NCBI GenBank assembly: GCA_029940475.1
Contig: JAPYUT010000009.1
Coordinates: 16,605 to 80,604, forward strand
Reading direction: 5' to 3'
DNA length: 64,000 nt
Origin: Verrucomicrobiales bacterium
GTDB taxonomy: Bacteria > Verrucomicrobiota > Verrucomicrobiia > Verrucomicrobiales > DEV007
In this document: positions 1 to 8,344 of the stretch, piece by piece
Layout: each line of letters starts with the position of its first letter
Numbering within the stretch: position 1 is the stretch's first letter
Notes under the pieces: generated by a model
The model's input: the letters and a program-made list of their open reading frames with translations, nothing else
What the model was told of the DNA's origin: nothing
Databases searched by the model: none
Made by a program: the position numbers and the translations under genes

Positions 1-553
1 GCTTGTATTCAGGATCATTGTCCGGGGCGATCTGGGTATTGTTGCGGGTCAGTGAGTTGGGATCCCAAAGAGAACCAGCACCATGGATAGTGCCGTAGAA
101 GCGGTCAAAGCCCCGTTGTTTCGGCCAGTTTTCCTTCGGGCCGTCGGGTGAAGTGTGCTTGGTAATATGCCATTTTCCCGCCATGTATGTGCCGTAGCCT
201 GCGGATTTCAGTGCCTCGGCAATGGTCAGGCATTGACGGTTAATTTCCCCCCGGTAACCGGGATGTCCACGGTCGTTCATCATCCAGCCAACGCCGGCCT
301 GGTGAGGGTAGAGTCCGCTCAGCAGCGATGCGCGTGTAGGGCAGCAGCGTGCCGTGTTATAGAACTGGGTGAAGCGCAGGCCGCCAGCTGCCAGTTGATC
401 GAGAACCGGCGTGTCAATCTCGCTGCCGTAGCACCCGAGGTCGGAGATGCCCATGTCATCGCCCATGATCAGGATGATATTTGGGCGGGCTGCAGCCGGA
501 AGATATAAGGTGGAGCAAAGGAGGAAAAGGGTGACGGCAAGCTTGAGTTTCAT
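1..553 (-). CDS. arylsulfatase (formylglycine-dependent), N-terminal 184 codons; gene continues past the left edge
   Basis: Absent from the ORF track because it runs off the window. Reverse translation from the ATG at 553..551 gives MKLKLAVTLFLLCSTLYLPAAARPNIILIMGDDMGISDLGCYGSEIDTPVLDQLAAGGLRFTQFYNTARCCPTRASLLSGLYPHQAG... This shows a signal peptide, a GDD metal site and the sulfatase C-x-P-x-R (CCPTR) formylglycine motif. Confidence 0.85.
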   Translation of the reverse strand, partial: MKLKLAVTLFLLCSTLYLPAAARPNIILIMGDDMGISDLGCYGSEIDTPVLDQLAAGGLRFTQFYNTARCCPTRASLLSGLYPHQAGVGWMMNDRGHPGYRGEINRQCLTIAEALKSAGYGTYMAGKWHITKHTSPDGPKENWPKQRGFDRFYGTIHGAGSLWDPNSLTRNNTQIAPDNDPEYK

Positions 554-681
554 TCTTCTGATTGGTTGAGAATTAAGTGGCCTGGTGAATTGATTATCGA
601 CATGGAAAAAGAAACCCGTGTGAGTTACAGGAGTGTTCCAAGCAGTCGTGGAATTTTATGAATGGCCGTTGAGTCCCCGAG

Positions 682-1347
682 CTATTCCTCTTTCAAGAGG
701 CCGAGTTTTTCCAGTTTGGGCCAGATTACCACGCGGCAATAAGGGGCGTTCTGGTTGGCTTCGAAATAATCCTGATGATAATTCTCAGCCAGGTAGAATG
801 CACTGGCTTTGGTTATTTCGGTGACAATCGGGTTTCTGAATTTTCCGGATTTATCTGTTTTAGCCTTGGAAGCTTCAGCTGCTTTCTTCTGTGCCTCGCT
901 GTGATAAAAGATAGCCGATCGGTATTGTGTTCCCTCATCTCTTCCCTGGCGGTTCAGGGTGGTCGGGTCATGCAATTCCCAGAAGACTTCAAGTAACTGC
1001 GGGAATGACAGTTTTGTCGGGTCGAATTTCACCCTGACGATCTCTGCGTGCCCGGTGGCGCCGGTGCATATCTGCCTGTAGGTGGGGTTGATGATGATGC
1101 CACCCATATAACCGGACTCGACAGCCTTGACTCCCTTGATGCGCTCAAGGACTGCCTCAATACACCAGAAGCAACCGGCACCGAGATCAACGGTTTCCAG
1201 CTTGGCGGTTTTCTCCTTGGAAATCTTTTTAGGTGTAACGGGTTCTACGGGTTTCACTTTTTTTTCTCCGATGATTGCCGGGCCGGCAATGACAAAAGCA
1301 GCGGTCGCGAGTGTGACAGCAGTAATTTTAGAGGCTTTTCGGATCAT
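682..1347 (-). CDS. msrA: peptide methionine (S)-S-oxide reductase MsrA with N-terminal hydrophobic anchor or signal
   Basis: 221-aa ORF. It has the active-site motif GAGCFWCIEAV (GCFWC) and the core WELHDPTTLNRQGRDEGTQYRS. An N-terminal extension of about 45 aa (hydrophobic then Lys-rich) suggests an exported or membrane-tethered form. Confidence 0.9.
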   Translation of the reverse strand: MIRKASKITAVTLATAAFVIAGPAIIGEKKVKPVEPVTPKKISKEKTAKLETVDLGAGCFWCIEAVLERIKGVKAVESGYMGGIIINPTYRQICTGATGHAEIVRVKFDPTKLSFPQLLEVFWELHDPTTLNRQGRDEGTQYRSAIFYHSEAQKKAAEASKAKTDKSGKFRNPIVTEITKASAFYLAENYHQDYFEANQNAPYCRVVIWPKLEKLGLLKEE

Positions 1348-1455
1348 GGTTCTGAGGTATGGGATCTAATATCCCAGCAGAGGCCCTGTAAGTCAATGCT
1401 ACCTGAGGTATCCATAATACTTGGCAAAATAGAGATTTAGTGCACCTAGTCTAGC

Positions 1456-3114
1456 GTGATGAAACGTTTCTTTCTATTAATGGTTATCGGGTATGGGATG
1501 GTATTTGCCGAAGCCGGGCAGAATGCCAGGAAAATGGCCAAGGCGATTGAGGGCCAAAAGTTGGGCTACTTGCTGCATGTTCCGGAGGGTAAGGCGCCTG
1601 CCGGGGGATGGCCCGTGCTCCTGTTTCTTCACGGTGCGGGAGAAAGAGGTGACGACCTGGACCGGGTAAAGGTACACGGTCCGCCAAAGCTGATTCAAAA
1701 AGTTGATGAGCTTAGAAATGCGGTTGTTATTTCCCCCCAGTGTCCGCAGGAGAGTTGGTGGATTGCGCGCACGCTCATGCAGCTTTTGCGTGAGGTGATT
1801 GACGGGCTGGGGGATGCTGTTGATACTAACCGGGTTTATGTCACGGGTCTCAGCATGGGTGGCTATGGCAGTTGGGATTTAATATCAAAATACCCTGATT
1901 TTTTTGCTGCGGCGGCACCGATCTGCGGAGGTGGAGATATCGGCAGGCTAAGCATTAACCTGGGTTCTAAAATAAAGCGGAGCTTCAGGATTGAAGACCT
2001 GAAGGAGGCCAGGAATCTTCCTGTCTGGGCGTTTCACGGGGCTAAGGACGGAGTGGTTCCGCAAAAGGAAAGTGAACTCCTGGTAGCCGCCCTCAAGGAT
2101 GCGGGAAGCACGCGGGTAAAGTTTACTTCCTATCCCGGCGTGGATCACAACTCCTGGACCCGTACGTATGCCAACCCGGAATTCTATAAGTGGATATTCG
2201 CGAAATCCAAGAGAGGGAGTGGCAGGCTCAGGATTTTCCTGCTTGCCGGCCAGTCCAATATGGAGGGGCAGGCAGTGGTCGACCTTGATCACGAAAAGTA
2301 CTATAACGGGGGCAAGGGCATCCTGACCACTGTCATGGCGAACCCTGCCAATGCCGCCCGTTACGCGCACCTCAGGGACGCCAAAGGCAACTGGAGGGTG
2401 CGCGATGACGTGTTTGTGCGGGCAGTGATACGTGATGGCCAGCGGGTATTACGTGGCGGGCTCTCGATCGGCTATACCGGGTATGGTGACAGGCATCATT
2501 TTGGTCCTGAGTTGCAGATCGGTCACCGGCTTGGCGACCGTTTCGAGCAACCCGTATTGCTGATCAAGACCGCCTGGGGAGGGAAAAGTCTGCACAGGGA
2601 TTTTCGTCCTCCCTCAGCCGGGGAAGAAACCGGGGAATATTACAAGAAGATGCTTGCTGATTATCACGAGGGTCTCAAGCGCATCGCGGAGGAGTTTCCG
2701 GAGTTGGCCGGGAGTGAGCCCGAATTATCGGGTTTTTTCTGGTTTCAGGGCTGGAATGATATGTTTGATGACAAGGCACGTGCCGGCTATGAGCAGAACC
2801 TGGTTCACCTGATCAGGGACCTGCGCAGGGATCTTGGCGCCCCTGACCTGCCGGTCGTGGTAGGGGAACTCGGTAACGGCGGCGAGGATGCGGGTAAATC
2901 CATGAAGATTATCCGCGCCGCACAGGCTGCCGCCTGCAGGCGGCCCGGGTTCGCGGGCAATGTCCGCTTTGTAAAGACCGCGTCCTTTGCCCGTCCTGCT
3001 AAGGAGTCTCCCAATGTCGGGCATGGGCATCACTGGTTCGGCAATGCCGAAAGCTACTTCCTGATTGGTGATGCGCTGGGGGTTGCGATGGTGGAATTGT
3101 TGAAAGCTAAGTGA
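1456..3114 (+). CDS. secreted two-domain carbohydrate esterase: alpha/beta-hydrolase esterase fused to a SASA (sialate O-acetylesterase-like, DUF303) domain
   Basis: 552 aa with a signal peptide. The N-terminal half has LLFLHGAGERGDD, the nucleophile elbow GLSMGGYG, and HGAKDGVV...DH. The C-terminal half has LLAGQSNMEGQ, KTAWGGKSL and FFWFQGWND, typical of SASA/SGNH esterases. The ATG at 1459 is an alternative start. Confidence 0.75.
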   Translation: MMKRFFLLMVIGYGMVFAEAGQNARKMAKAIEGQKLGYLLHVPEGKAPAGGWPVLLFLHGAGERGDDLDRVKVHGPPKLIQKVDELRNAVVISPQCPQESWWIARTLMQLLREVIDGLGDAVDTNRVYVTGLSMGGYGSWDLISKYPDFFAAAAPICGGGDIGRLSINLGSKIKRSFRIEDLKEARNLPVWAFHGAKDGVVPQKESELLVAALKDAGSTRVKFTSYPGVDHNSWTRTYANPEFYKWIFAKSKRGSGRLRIFLLAGQSNMEGQAVVDLDHEKYYNGGKGILTTVMANPANAARYAHLRDAKGNWRVRDDVFVRAVIRDGQRVLRGGLSIGYTGYGDRHHFGPELQIGHRLGDRFEQPVLLIKTAWGGKSLHRDFRPPSAGEETGEYYKKMLADYHEGLKRIAEEFPELAGSEPELSGFFWFQGWNDMFDDKARAGYEQNLVHLIRDLRRDLGAPDLPVVVGELGNGGEDAGKSMKIIRAAQAAACRRPGFAGNVRFVKTASFARPAKESPNVGHGHHWFGNAESYFLIGDALGVAMVELLKAK

Positions 3115-3160
3115 AACTGCTAGAGACGTTCTACCTTTGGTTGCGCCGTGAAGGTCAGGG

Positions 3161-3187
3161 TTAAGCCTGGAATTTGACCAGGCTTAA
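3161..3187. terminator. perfect 10-bp hairpin between convergent genes (candidate bidirectional terminator)
   Basis: TTAAGCCTGG-AATTTGA-CCAGGCTTAA. It overlaps the stop codon of the minus-strand gene at 3184. There is no clear U-tract on either side. Confidence 0.4.
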
Positions 3188-4716
3188 CGGGCAGTATTGA
3201 GCGTCCAGTGCTTGCCTGAGGTTCCCAGCCCGAGTGTATCTGGACCTGAGGCATACATGATCAACCGGTGTCCGTCACTATACCACCATGTCCTGTGTGC
3301 TGCTGCGGCGGCGGGGTTGCCGACGAAGATGCATTCGCCGCTTGGGCTGCCGGTGAATCCGGCACGCTTTGCCCTCATTGTGAAGGTGCGTGTCCCGGAG
3401 GTGCGGCCGGTGTGCGAGAAGTAACCGTTGGCTGCCATGTCTATCGAGTGATCACGGCATCCCCGGCTCAAGTCCTCGTCAAGTTGAAGTGGAGTAAGGT
3501 TGATGGCCACACGCCGGTCGTTGAGTAAAGTTGCAAAGCTTAGGTGAGCACTACTGGCCCAGTTGCAGCCGGCGTTATGCTTGGCTGCCGCGGCTCTTTC
3601 AAGGATCCTCTGCTCGGTGTGCTCAAGGCAATTCATGATCTTGACAAAACCGCCAGCACCGCCGGCCTTACGGACGGTTGCAACAAGGCCGGGTCTTTCT
3701 GCAGGCTCTTTGTCGTGACACCATGCTGTTTCGCGGTTGATTTCCATGAGGATATCCATGAGCGATTCAAGTGAAGAAAAATCGTGGCGTCGGGCCTGCT
3801 CGGCACGTGAAATGGTCTGGGAATAAAGCCGGGAAGCTTCTGCAAATTCATTGTCCATCTCTGCATGTCTTTGCCTATATCCCTGGGGTTCCTTTGTTTT
3901 CCAGTCGGTTTGCACCTTTGCCTTTGCTGCAATCATGATCTCATGCCGGTCATCGTAGGTCTCCTTGAAGTCGGTCAGTGCGTTCTCATCTACGGAGAGG
4001 TTGAACGCGATGTCACCGAGCTTGCCAAGGTGATGGTCCTTGGCCTTCGCAAGGAGTTGCAGGTAGATTGGCCTGGCCTTATTACCCAGCTTGCGCAAGG
4101 CCATGTAAGCTCCCTTGCGCTTGCTCTCCTGCGGTGATTTCAGGTAAGCCAGGGCACGGGTTTGCTTGTCCTCGCTGAGTTTAAAGGTTTTTTCCTTGAT
4201 CGGTGCAGTGTTTTCCACGGCGACATCTGCTGTCCCGGATGGCGGGAAAGGATCGGTCAAGGGTTCAAGCAGGAATACCGGTTCCGCGGGTTCTGTGCCT
4301 GTGGGGGGTTGTGGATTTGCCTTTTGGCTGGCTGTGGGTTTTTCCACCGTTCCCGGCGCAGGCTTCTTTGCGCTGTGATCTTCTTGCCATGTGAACAAGG
4401 CGACGAGGGCTACCATGATCAGAAATCCGCTGACGATGATCACCGGGTTTGCCCTGTTGCTGACATCCCTCCGGCTTAACTGGAACCGTGCCGTCGCTCT
4501 TGTCGGTTTTTTTCTCGCGGGGAATTGTAAGATGGAAGAGGGCTTTGCCTGTGCATCCTCGGCAGGGATCTCACCGCGCTCAAGGATTTCAAACTCTGCG
4601 TCAGATCGCTCAGGGACAATGAACTTTGACCTGCAGTTTGTGCAACGGCCTTTCTTTCCGATATGCGCATCACTCACCTCGATTGAGGTTGAGCAAACAG
4701 GGCAGGAGATACGCAT
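3184..4716 (-). CDS. membrane protein with N-terminal zinc ribbon and C-terminal CAP/SCP (YkwD-like) domain
   Basis: 510 aa. Features in order: CPVC...CTNC zinc ribbon (MJ0042-like) at the N-terminus; one TM (VIIVSGFLIMVALVALF); a Pro/Thr-rich linker; a helical middle region; and a C-terminal GYFSHTG...AAHRTWWYSDGHRLIMY resembling CAP/SCP domains. Confidence 0.6.
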   Translation of the reverse strand: MRISCPVCSTSIEVSDAHIGKKGRCTNCRSKFIVPERSDAEFEILERGEIPAEDAQAKPSSILQFPARKKPTRATARFQLSRRDVSNRANPVIIVSGFLIMVALVALFTWQEDHSAKKPAPGTVEKPTASQKANPQPPTGTEPAEPVFLLEPLTDPFPPSGTADVAVENTAPIKEKTFKLSEDKQTRALAYLKSPQESKRKGAYMALRKLGNKARPIYLQLLAKAKDHHLGKLGDIAFNLSVDENALTDFKETYDDRHEIMIAAKAKVQTDWKTKEPQGYRQRHAEMDNEFAEASRLYSQTISRAEQARRHDFSSLESLMDILMEINRETAWCHDKEPAERPGLVATVRKAGGAGGFVKIMNCLEHTEQRILERAAAAKHNAGCNWASSAHLSFATLLNDRRVAINLTPLQLDEDLSRGCRDHSIDMAANGYFSHTGRTSGTRTFTMRAKRAGFTGSPSGECIFVGNPAAAAAHRTWWYSDGHRLIMYASGPDTLGLGTSGKHWTLNTAR

Positions 4717-4869
4717 CTTTTGTTTCCTTACGCGACTCTGTCTAAGACGGCTAATACGTCCGCCAGGTTACAATTAGATGTTGATCAATGTGCCGCTAAC
4801 AGTCGTTTCCGCTGTCAGCGGAATTACTGGACTGCAATCATTGATGATTGCCTATAGGCACGATGCACA

Positions 4870-5271
4870 TCAGGATGTGCTTTTCTCTTCAGGAGCAGAT
4901 GCCGGTGACTCAGCGTTTTCTTTGCTGATGACTGTTCCGATACTGGCCTTCTCGAACTCGATCTTCACGTTATCGGCAACCTTCAAGGTTACGCTGTGAG
5001 CCTTGATGTTGGTGACTAGGCCGTGCATGCCGCCTGCGGTGATCACCTTGTCCCCCGACTTAAGGGCGTCTCTTTGGGCGTCCATTTTTTTCTGCTTCTG
5101 TCTCTGTGGGCGGATCAGCAGGAAGTAGAAGATCACAAAGATCAGGACCATCATTACCAATGGGCTTTGCAACAGGCCTGATGACGCGGGGGCATCTCCT
5201 CCGGCAGGGGCATCTCCTCCGGCAGGGGTCGCTTGAGCCAGGAAAAGGATAAGTGATTCAGTGATTTTCAT
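4870..5271 (-). CDS. yajC: preprotein translocase subunit YajC
   Basis: 133 aa. A single TM followed by LIRPQRQKQKK and GDKVITAGGMHGLVTNI. It lies downstream of tgt, the conserved tgt-yajC arrangement. Confidence 0.85.
   Translation of the reverse strand: MKITESLILFLAQATPAGGDAPAGGDAPASSGLLQSPLVMMVLIFVIFYFLLIRPQRQKQKKMDAQRDALKSGDKVITAGGMHGLVTNIKAHSVTLKVADNVKIEFEKASIGTVISKENAESPASAPEEKSTS
5189..5228 (-). repeat. tandem 18-bp direct repeat (2.2 copies) inside yajC encoding PAGGDA-PAGGDA
   Basis: GGGGCATCTCCTCCGGCA occurs at 5189..5206 and again at 5207..5224, followed by a partial GGGG. Confidence 0.9.
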
Positions 5272-5498
5272 ATGTCTGGTGTATTTTTTTCGGGAATTAT
5301 TTTTTTATATAATCGTGGCGTCGAGCGTGAAATCAACCCTCAAAAATATTTGAAATTAAGATATTTACCAACAGGAGTTTTTTACAGGAGGATGAACAAA
5401 AGGGGGAAAACGCTAAGTGCTTCTGACCGGGGTTTTGGATGGAGATGCCCACCTGGTGGCCTGGGGATTGCAAATTTGTGCCTGTTGACAATGAAGGC

Positions 5499-6662
5499 TC
5501 AATCCTGCGCAGGCGTTTCATCCTCTGCGGATCTTGACGGGTATTTCTCGTGCATTTCCCCGCGTAGTGCGGCAAATGTCCCGTTTTCAAGGGAGGCGCG
5601 CACCCTGGCAAGCAGGTTGAGATAGAAGTGCAGGTTGTGCAGTGTCGTGAGGCGTATCCCTAGGATCTCGCCGGACTTAACCAGGTGCCTTATATAACCC
5701 CGGGAGAAACCTTCTTCGCATGCGTGGCAGCGGCAGCCCTCCTCGATAGGTGACTTGTCCTGGGCGAATTTCCGGTTCTTGAGATTAATGGTCCCTGAAG
5801 CGGTGTATGCCGTTGCCGTGCGGGCGACCCGGGTCGGCAACACACAGTCGAACATGTCAATTCCGCGTGCAATCATCTCGATCATCTGGGGTGGGGTTCC
5901 CAACCCCATGGCATAGCGGGGTTTATCCCCCGGCAGATGGGGCAGGGAGTTTTCGATTGCCGCGATCATTTCCTTTTCAGGTTCGCCCACGCTGACGCCG
6001 CCAACGGCGTAACCGTCGAAGCCGAGCTTGACGAGTTCTCGTGCCGAGCGCTCCCTCAACTCAGGATATATGGAGCCCTGCACGATGCCGAAGTGGAGTT
6101 GCCTTGCAGCATTTCCTCCAGCATAGGGTTGGTTGCAGCTTATCCATTCCTTGCATCTTGCTGCCCAGCGCAGGGTCAGCTCACAGCTTTGCTGCGCATA
6201 ATCGTGTTCGCAGGGGTAGGGCGGGCACTCATCAAAAAGCATGGCAATGTCCGACCCGAGTGAGGCCTGGATCTGCATTGAAATTTCGGGACTGATGAAA
6301 GTGGGGGTACCATCGATATGATTCTGGAAATGGACGCCGTCTTCGCTGATTTTGCGCAGCTTGGCGAGCGACCATACCTGGAACCCACCGCTGTCAGTGA
6401 GGATGGCACGGTTCCAGTTCATGAATGCATGGAGACCCCCGAAGTGCTCGATGATTTGAGTGCCAGGTCTGACGGAGAGATGATAAGTGTTACCGAGGAT
6501 TATTTCACTGCCAAGATTGCGAAGTTCGTGCGGGCTGACTGCCTTGACACTCCCCTGGGTTCCCACCGGCATGAATACCGGGGTCTCGACGCTACCATGG
6601 GCCGTGGTGAGACGTCCGCGCCGGGCAGAGGAGGATGGATCCTTGTGAAGCAGTTCAAACAA
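5499..6662 (-). CDS. tgt: queuine tRNA-ribosyltransferase
   Basis: 387 aa. Motifs: ARRGRLTTAHGSVETPVFMPVGTQGSVK, LGNTYHL, DSGGFQ, and the zinc site CRCHACEEGFSRGYIRH. Confidence 0.95.
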   Translation of the reverse strand: MFELLHKDPSSSARRGRLTTAHGSVETPVFMPVGTQGSVKAVSPHELRNLGSEIILGNTYHLSVRPGTQIIEHFGGLHAFMNWNRAILTDSGGFQVWSLAKLRKISEDGVHFQNHIDGTPTFISPEISMQIQASLGSDIAMLFDECPPYPCEHDYAQQSCELTLRWAARCKEWISCNQPYAGGNAARQLHFGIVQGSIYPELRERSARELVKLGFDGYAVGGVSVGEPEKEMIAAIENSLPHLPGDKPRYAMGLGTPPQMIEMIARGIDMFDCVLPTRVARTATAYTASGTINLKNRKFAQDKSPIEEGCRCHACEEGFSRGYIRHLVKSGEILGIRLTTLHNLHFYLNLLARVRASLENGTFAALRGEMHEKYPSRSAEDETPAQD

Positions 6663-6813
6663 GGGTTGAAGGTAGCCTTAGCCGGATTCTCGGCAAGTAT
6701 TCGCTGAGTGAAGAGCGATTGCTGGTATTATATGCTGGAAAAATCTATCAGGGACAATGGGATTGGGTTATCCTGAGTGCCGGCCCTGTCAGCCTGGCCG
6801 CTTATTCCCGTCA

Positions 6814-8121
6814 ATGCACAAATTTCGGATAATTCTGCCTGTGATGCTGTTGTGGACTGTCACGGTGTTGGCAGCCTATTATTTTGGATTGTTGAGCAAT
6901 GTCAGCAGGGATCCGGTGGTGGCAACAGGACCGGGTGCACAATCAGCAGTCAATCCACCAGTTATTTTAACCCATGAGCCTGCAGATGTTCCACCTGTCC
7001 GGGCAGAACCGGACAGCGCGCACCGGATACTTGCAGCGGCGCGCGAGGATCTGCGTACCGGACTGCTCAGCCAGAAAGGGGTTCTCAGGGCATTTAACCG
7101 TATACAGAGCCTTGATGCGGTCACTGTTATTGATGCCGTCATGGAACTTGATGTAATGGATTCACGGCATCCTGATCATGGTGTATTGATGTTGGCGGTG
7201 ATGGGGCGATGGGCTGAGCTGGATGGTGATTCGGCGATGGAATATGCCGAGAGGAAACTTTCCGGGGACCTGCGTGCAGGAGTGATCGTGAACGTTGTGA
7301 GCTCGTGGGCTGAGAATGAACCCGGGCAAGCCATTAAATGGTATCACCGGCGTCATTTAACAGGGCAGCTGGTTTCCTGGCTGGGGACTTCGTCCTCAAA
7401 GCTGTTGACTCCGATTTATCTTGGCCTTGCGGGGGCTGATCCTGAGGCTGCATTCTCCTCTCTGGTTGCAATCGAGGATAGCGAGGGATTCCGGTGCGCA
7501 GTGGATGGCATGGCGGCTGCAATAGTGGTGCTCGGCAGAAGTGAGCAAATGTTGAGACGGACAGGGGAATTTTCCGGAGAGCGGCAGGCACTGGCGCGCG
7601 CGGCAGTGTTGAAACAGTGGGCCCGGGTTGCTCCCACCGATGCAGCGGCATGGGTGTTGCGCATGACAAAATCAGGGGAACGCTCAAGGTTGATCAGGCA
7701 GGTGGGAGAGGCCTGGATCATGCACGATCCGGAGAGGGCGGTGGAGTGGCTGCTGGAGCATACAGCCAAAACCATCCGTGCTGATGTCCTCAGGGAGTCA
7801 ATCGCGCTGTGGGCTCAGAGGCAGCCGAATAAGGCGGCGACGTGGCTTCGCCGCTTAAATCCAGAGCCTGATACCGACCAGGCGATTGCAGCCCTGGCCC
7901 GGCAGATTGTGCATCGTGACCCGGAGGGTGCATTTTCGTGGGCGTCAACAATCAATAACCGCGTGATGCGAGAACAAACTGTTGCTTCGGTATTCGCACA
8001 GTGGGCGATTCGCTATCCGCAGGCAGCATCAAAACGTTTGAATGAAGCGGATTTTCCGGCGGAGCAGATGTCAAAACTTCGCTTGTTGGTTGCGCCGAAC
8101 ATCCCATCTGTGTCCCCTTGA
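6814..8121 (+). CDS. membrane-anchored alpha-solenoid repeat protein, function unknown
   Basis: Start placed at MHKFRIILPVMLLWTVTVLAAYYF (TM anchor). At least 8 copies of a motif of roughly 35-40 aa, W-A-x-x-x-P-x-x-A-x-x-W: WAENEPGQAIKWY, WARVAPTDAAAWV, WIMHDPERAVEWL, WAQRQPNKAATWL, IVHRDPEGAFSWA, WAIRYPQAASKRL, and others. Confidence 0.5.
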   Translation: MHKFRIILPVMLLWTVTVLAAYYFGLLSNVSRDPVVATGPGAQSAVNPPVILTHEPADVPPVRAEPDSAHRILAAAREDLRTGLLSQKGVLRAFNRIQSLDAVTVIDAVMELDVMDSRHPDHGVLMLAVMGRWAELDGDSAMEYAERKLSGDLRAGVIVNVVSSWAENEPGQAIKWYHRRHLTGQLVSWLGTSSSKLLTPIYLGLAGADPEAAFSSLVAIEDSEGFRCAVDGMAAAIVVLGRSEQMLRRTGEFSGERQALARAAVLKQWARVAPTDAAAWVLRMTKSGERSRLIRQVGEAWIMHDPERAVEWLLEHTAKTIRADVLRESIALWAQRQPNKAATWLRRLNPEPDTDQAIAALARQIVHRDPEGAFSWASTINNRVMREQTVASVFAQWAIRYPQAASKRLNEADFPAEQMSKLRLLVAPNIPSVSP

Positions 8122-8344
8122 TGATCGGGATAAACTGTTCCTTTTAACAGGAACTTTGTCTGTAGACCCGGCAATCCTCCCCTCAGCAGAATATTGGTTC
8201 CGTATCCGGGATGATGGCAAGGGGACGTGGCAATGGTCATTTAATATGGGCAGGGGATTGCGAATATCTGGGTATAGGTAAGATCTGTTTTTTAGCGTAG
8301 ATAGGTGGTTAACAGGAAATTATTTATATCCCGGAGATACTTGA

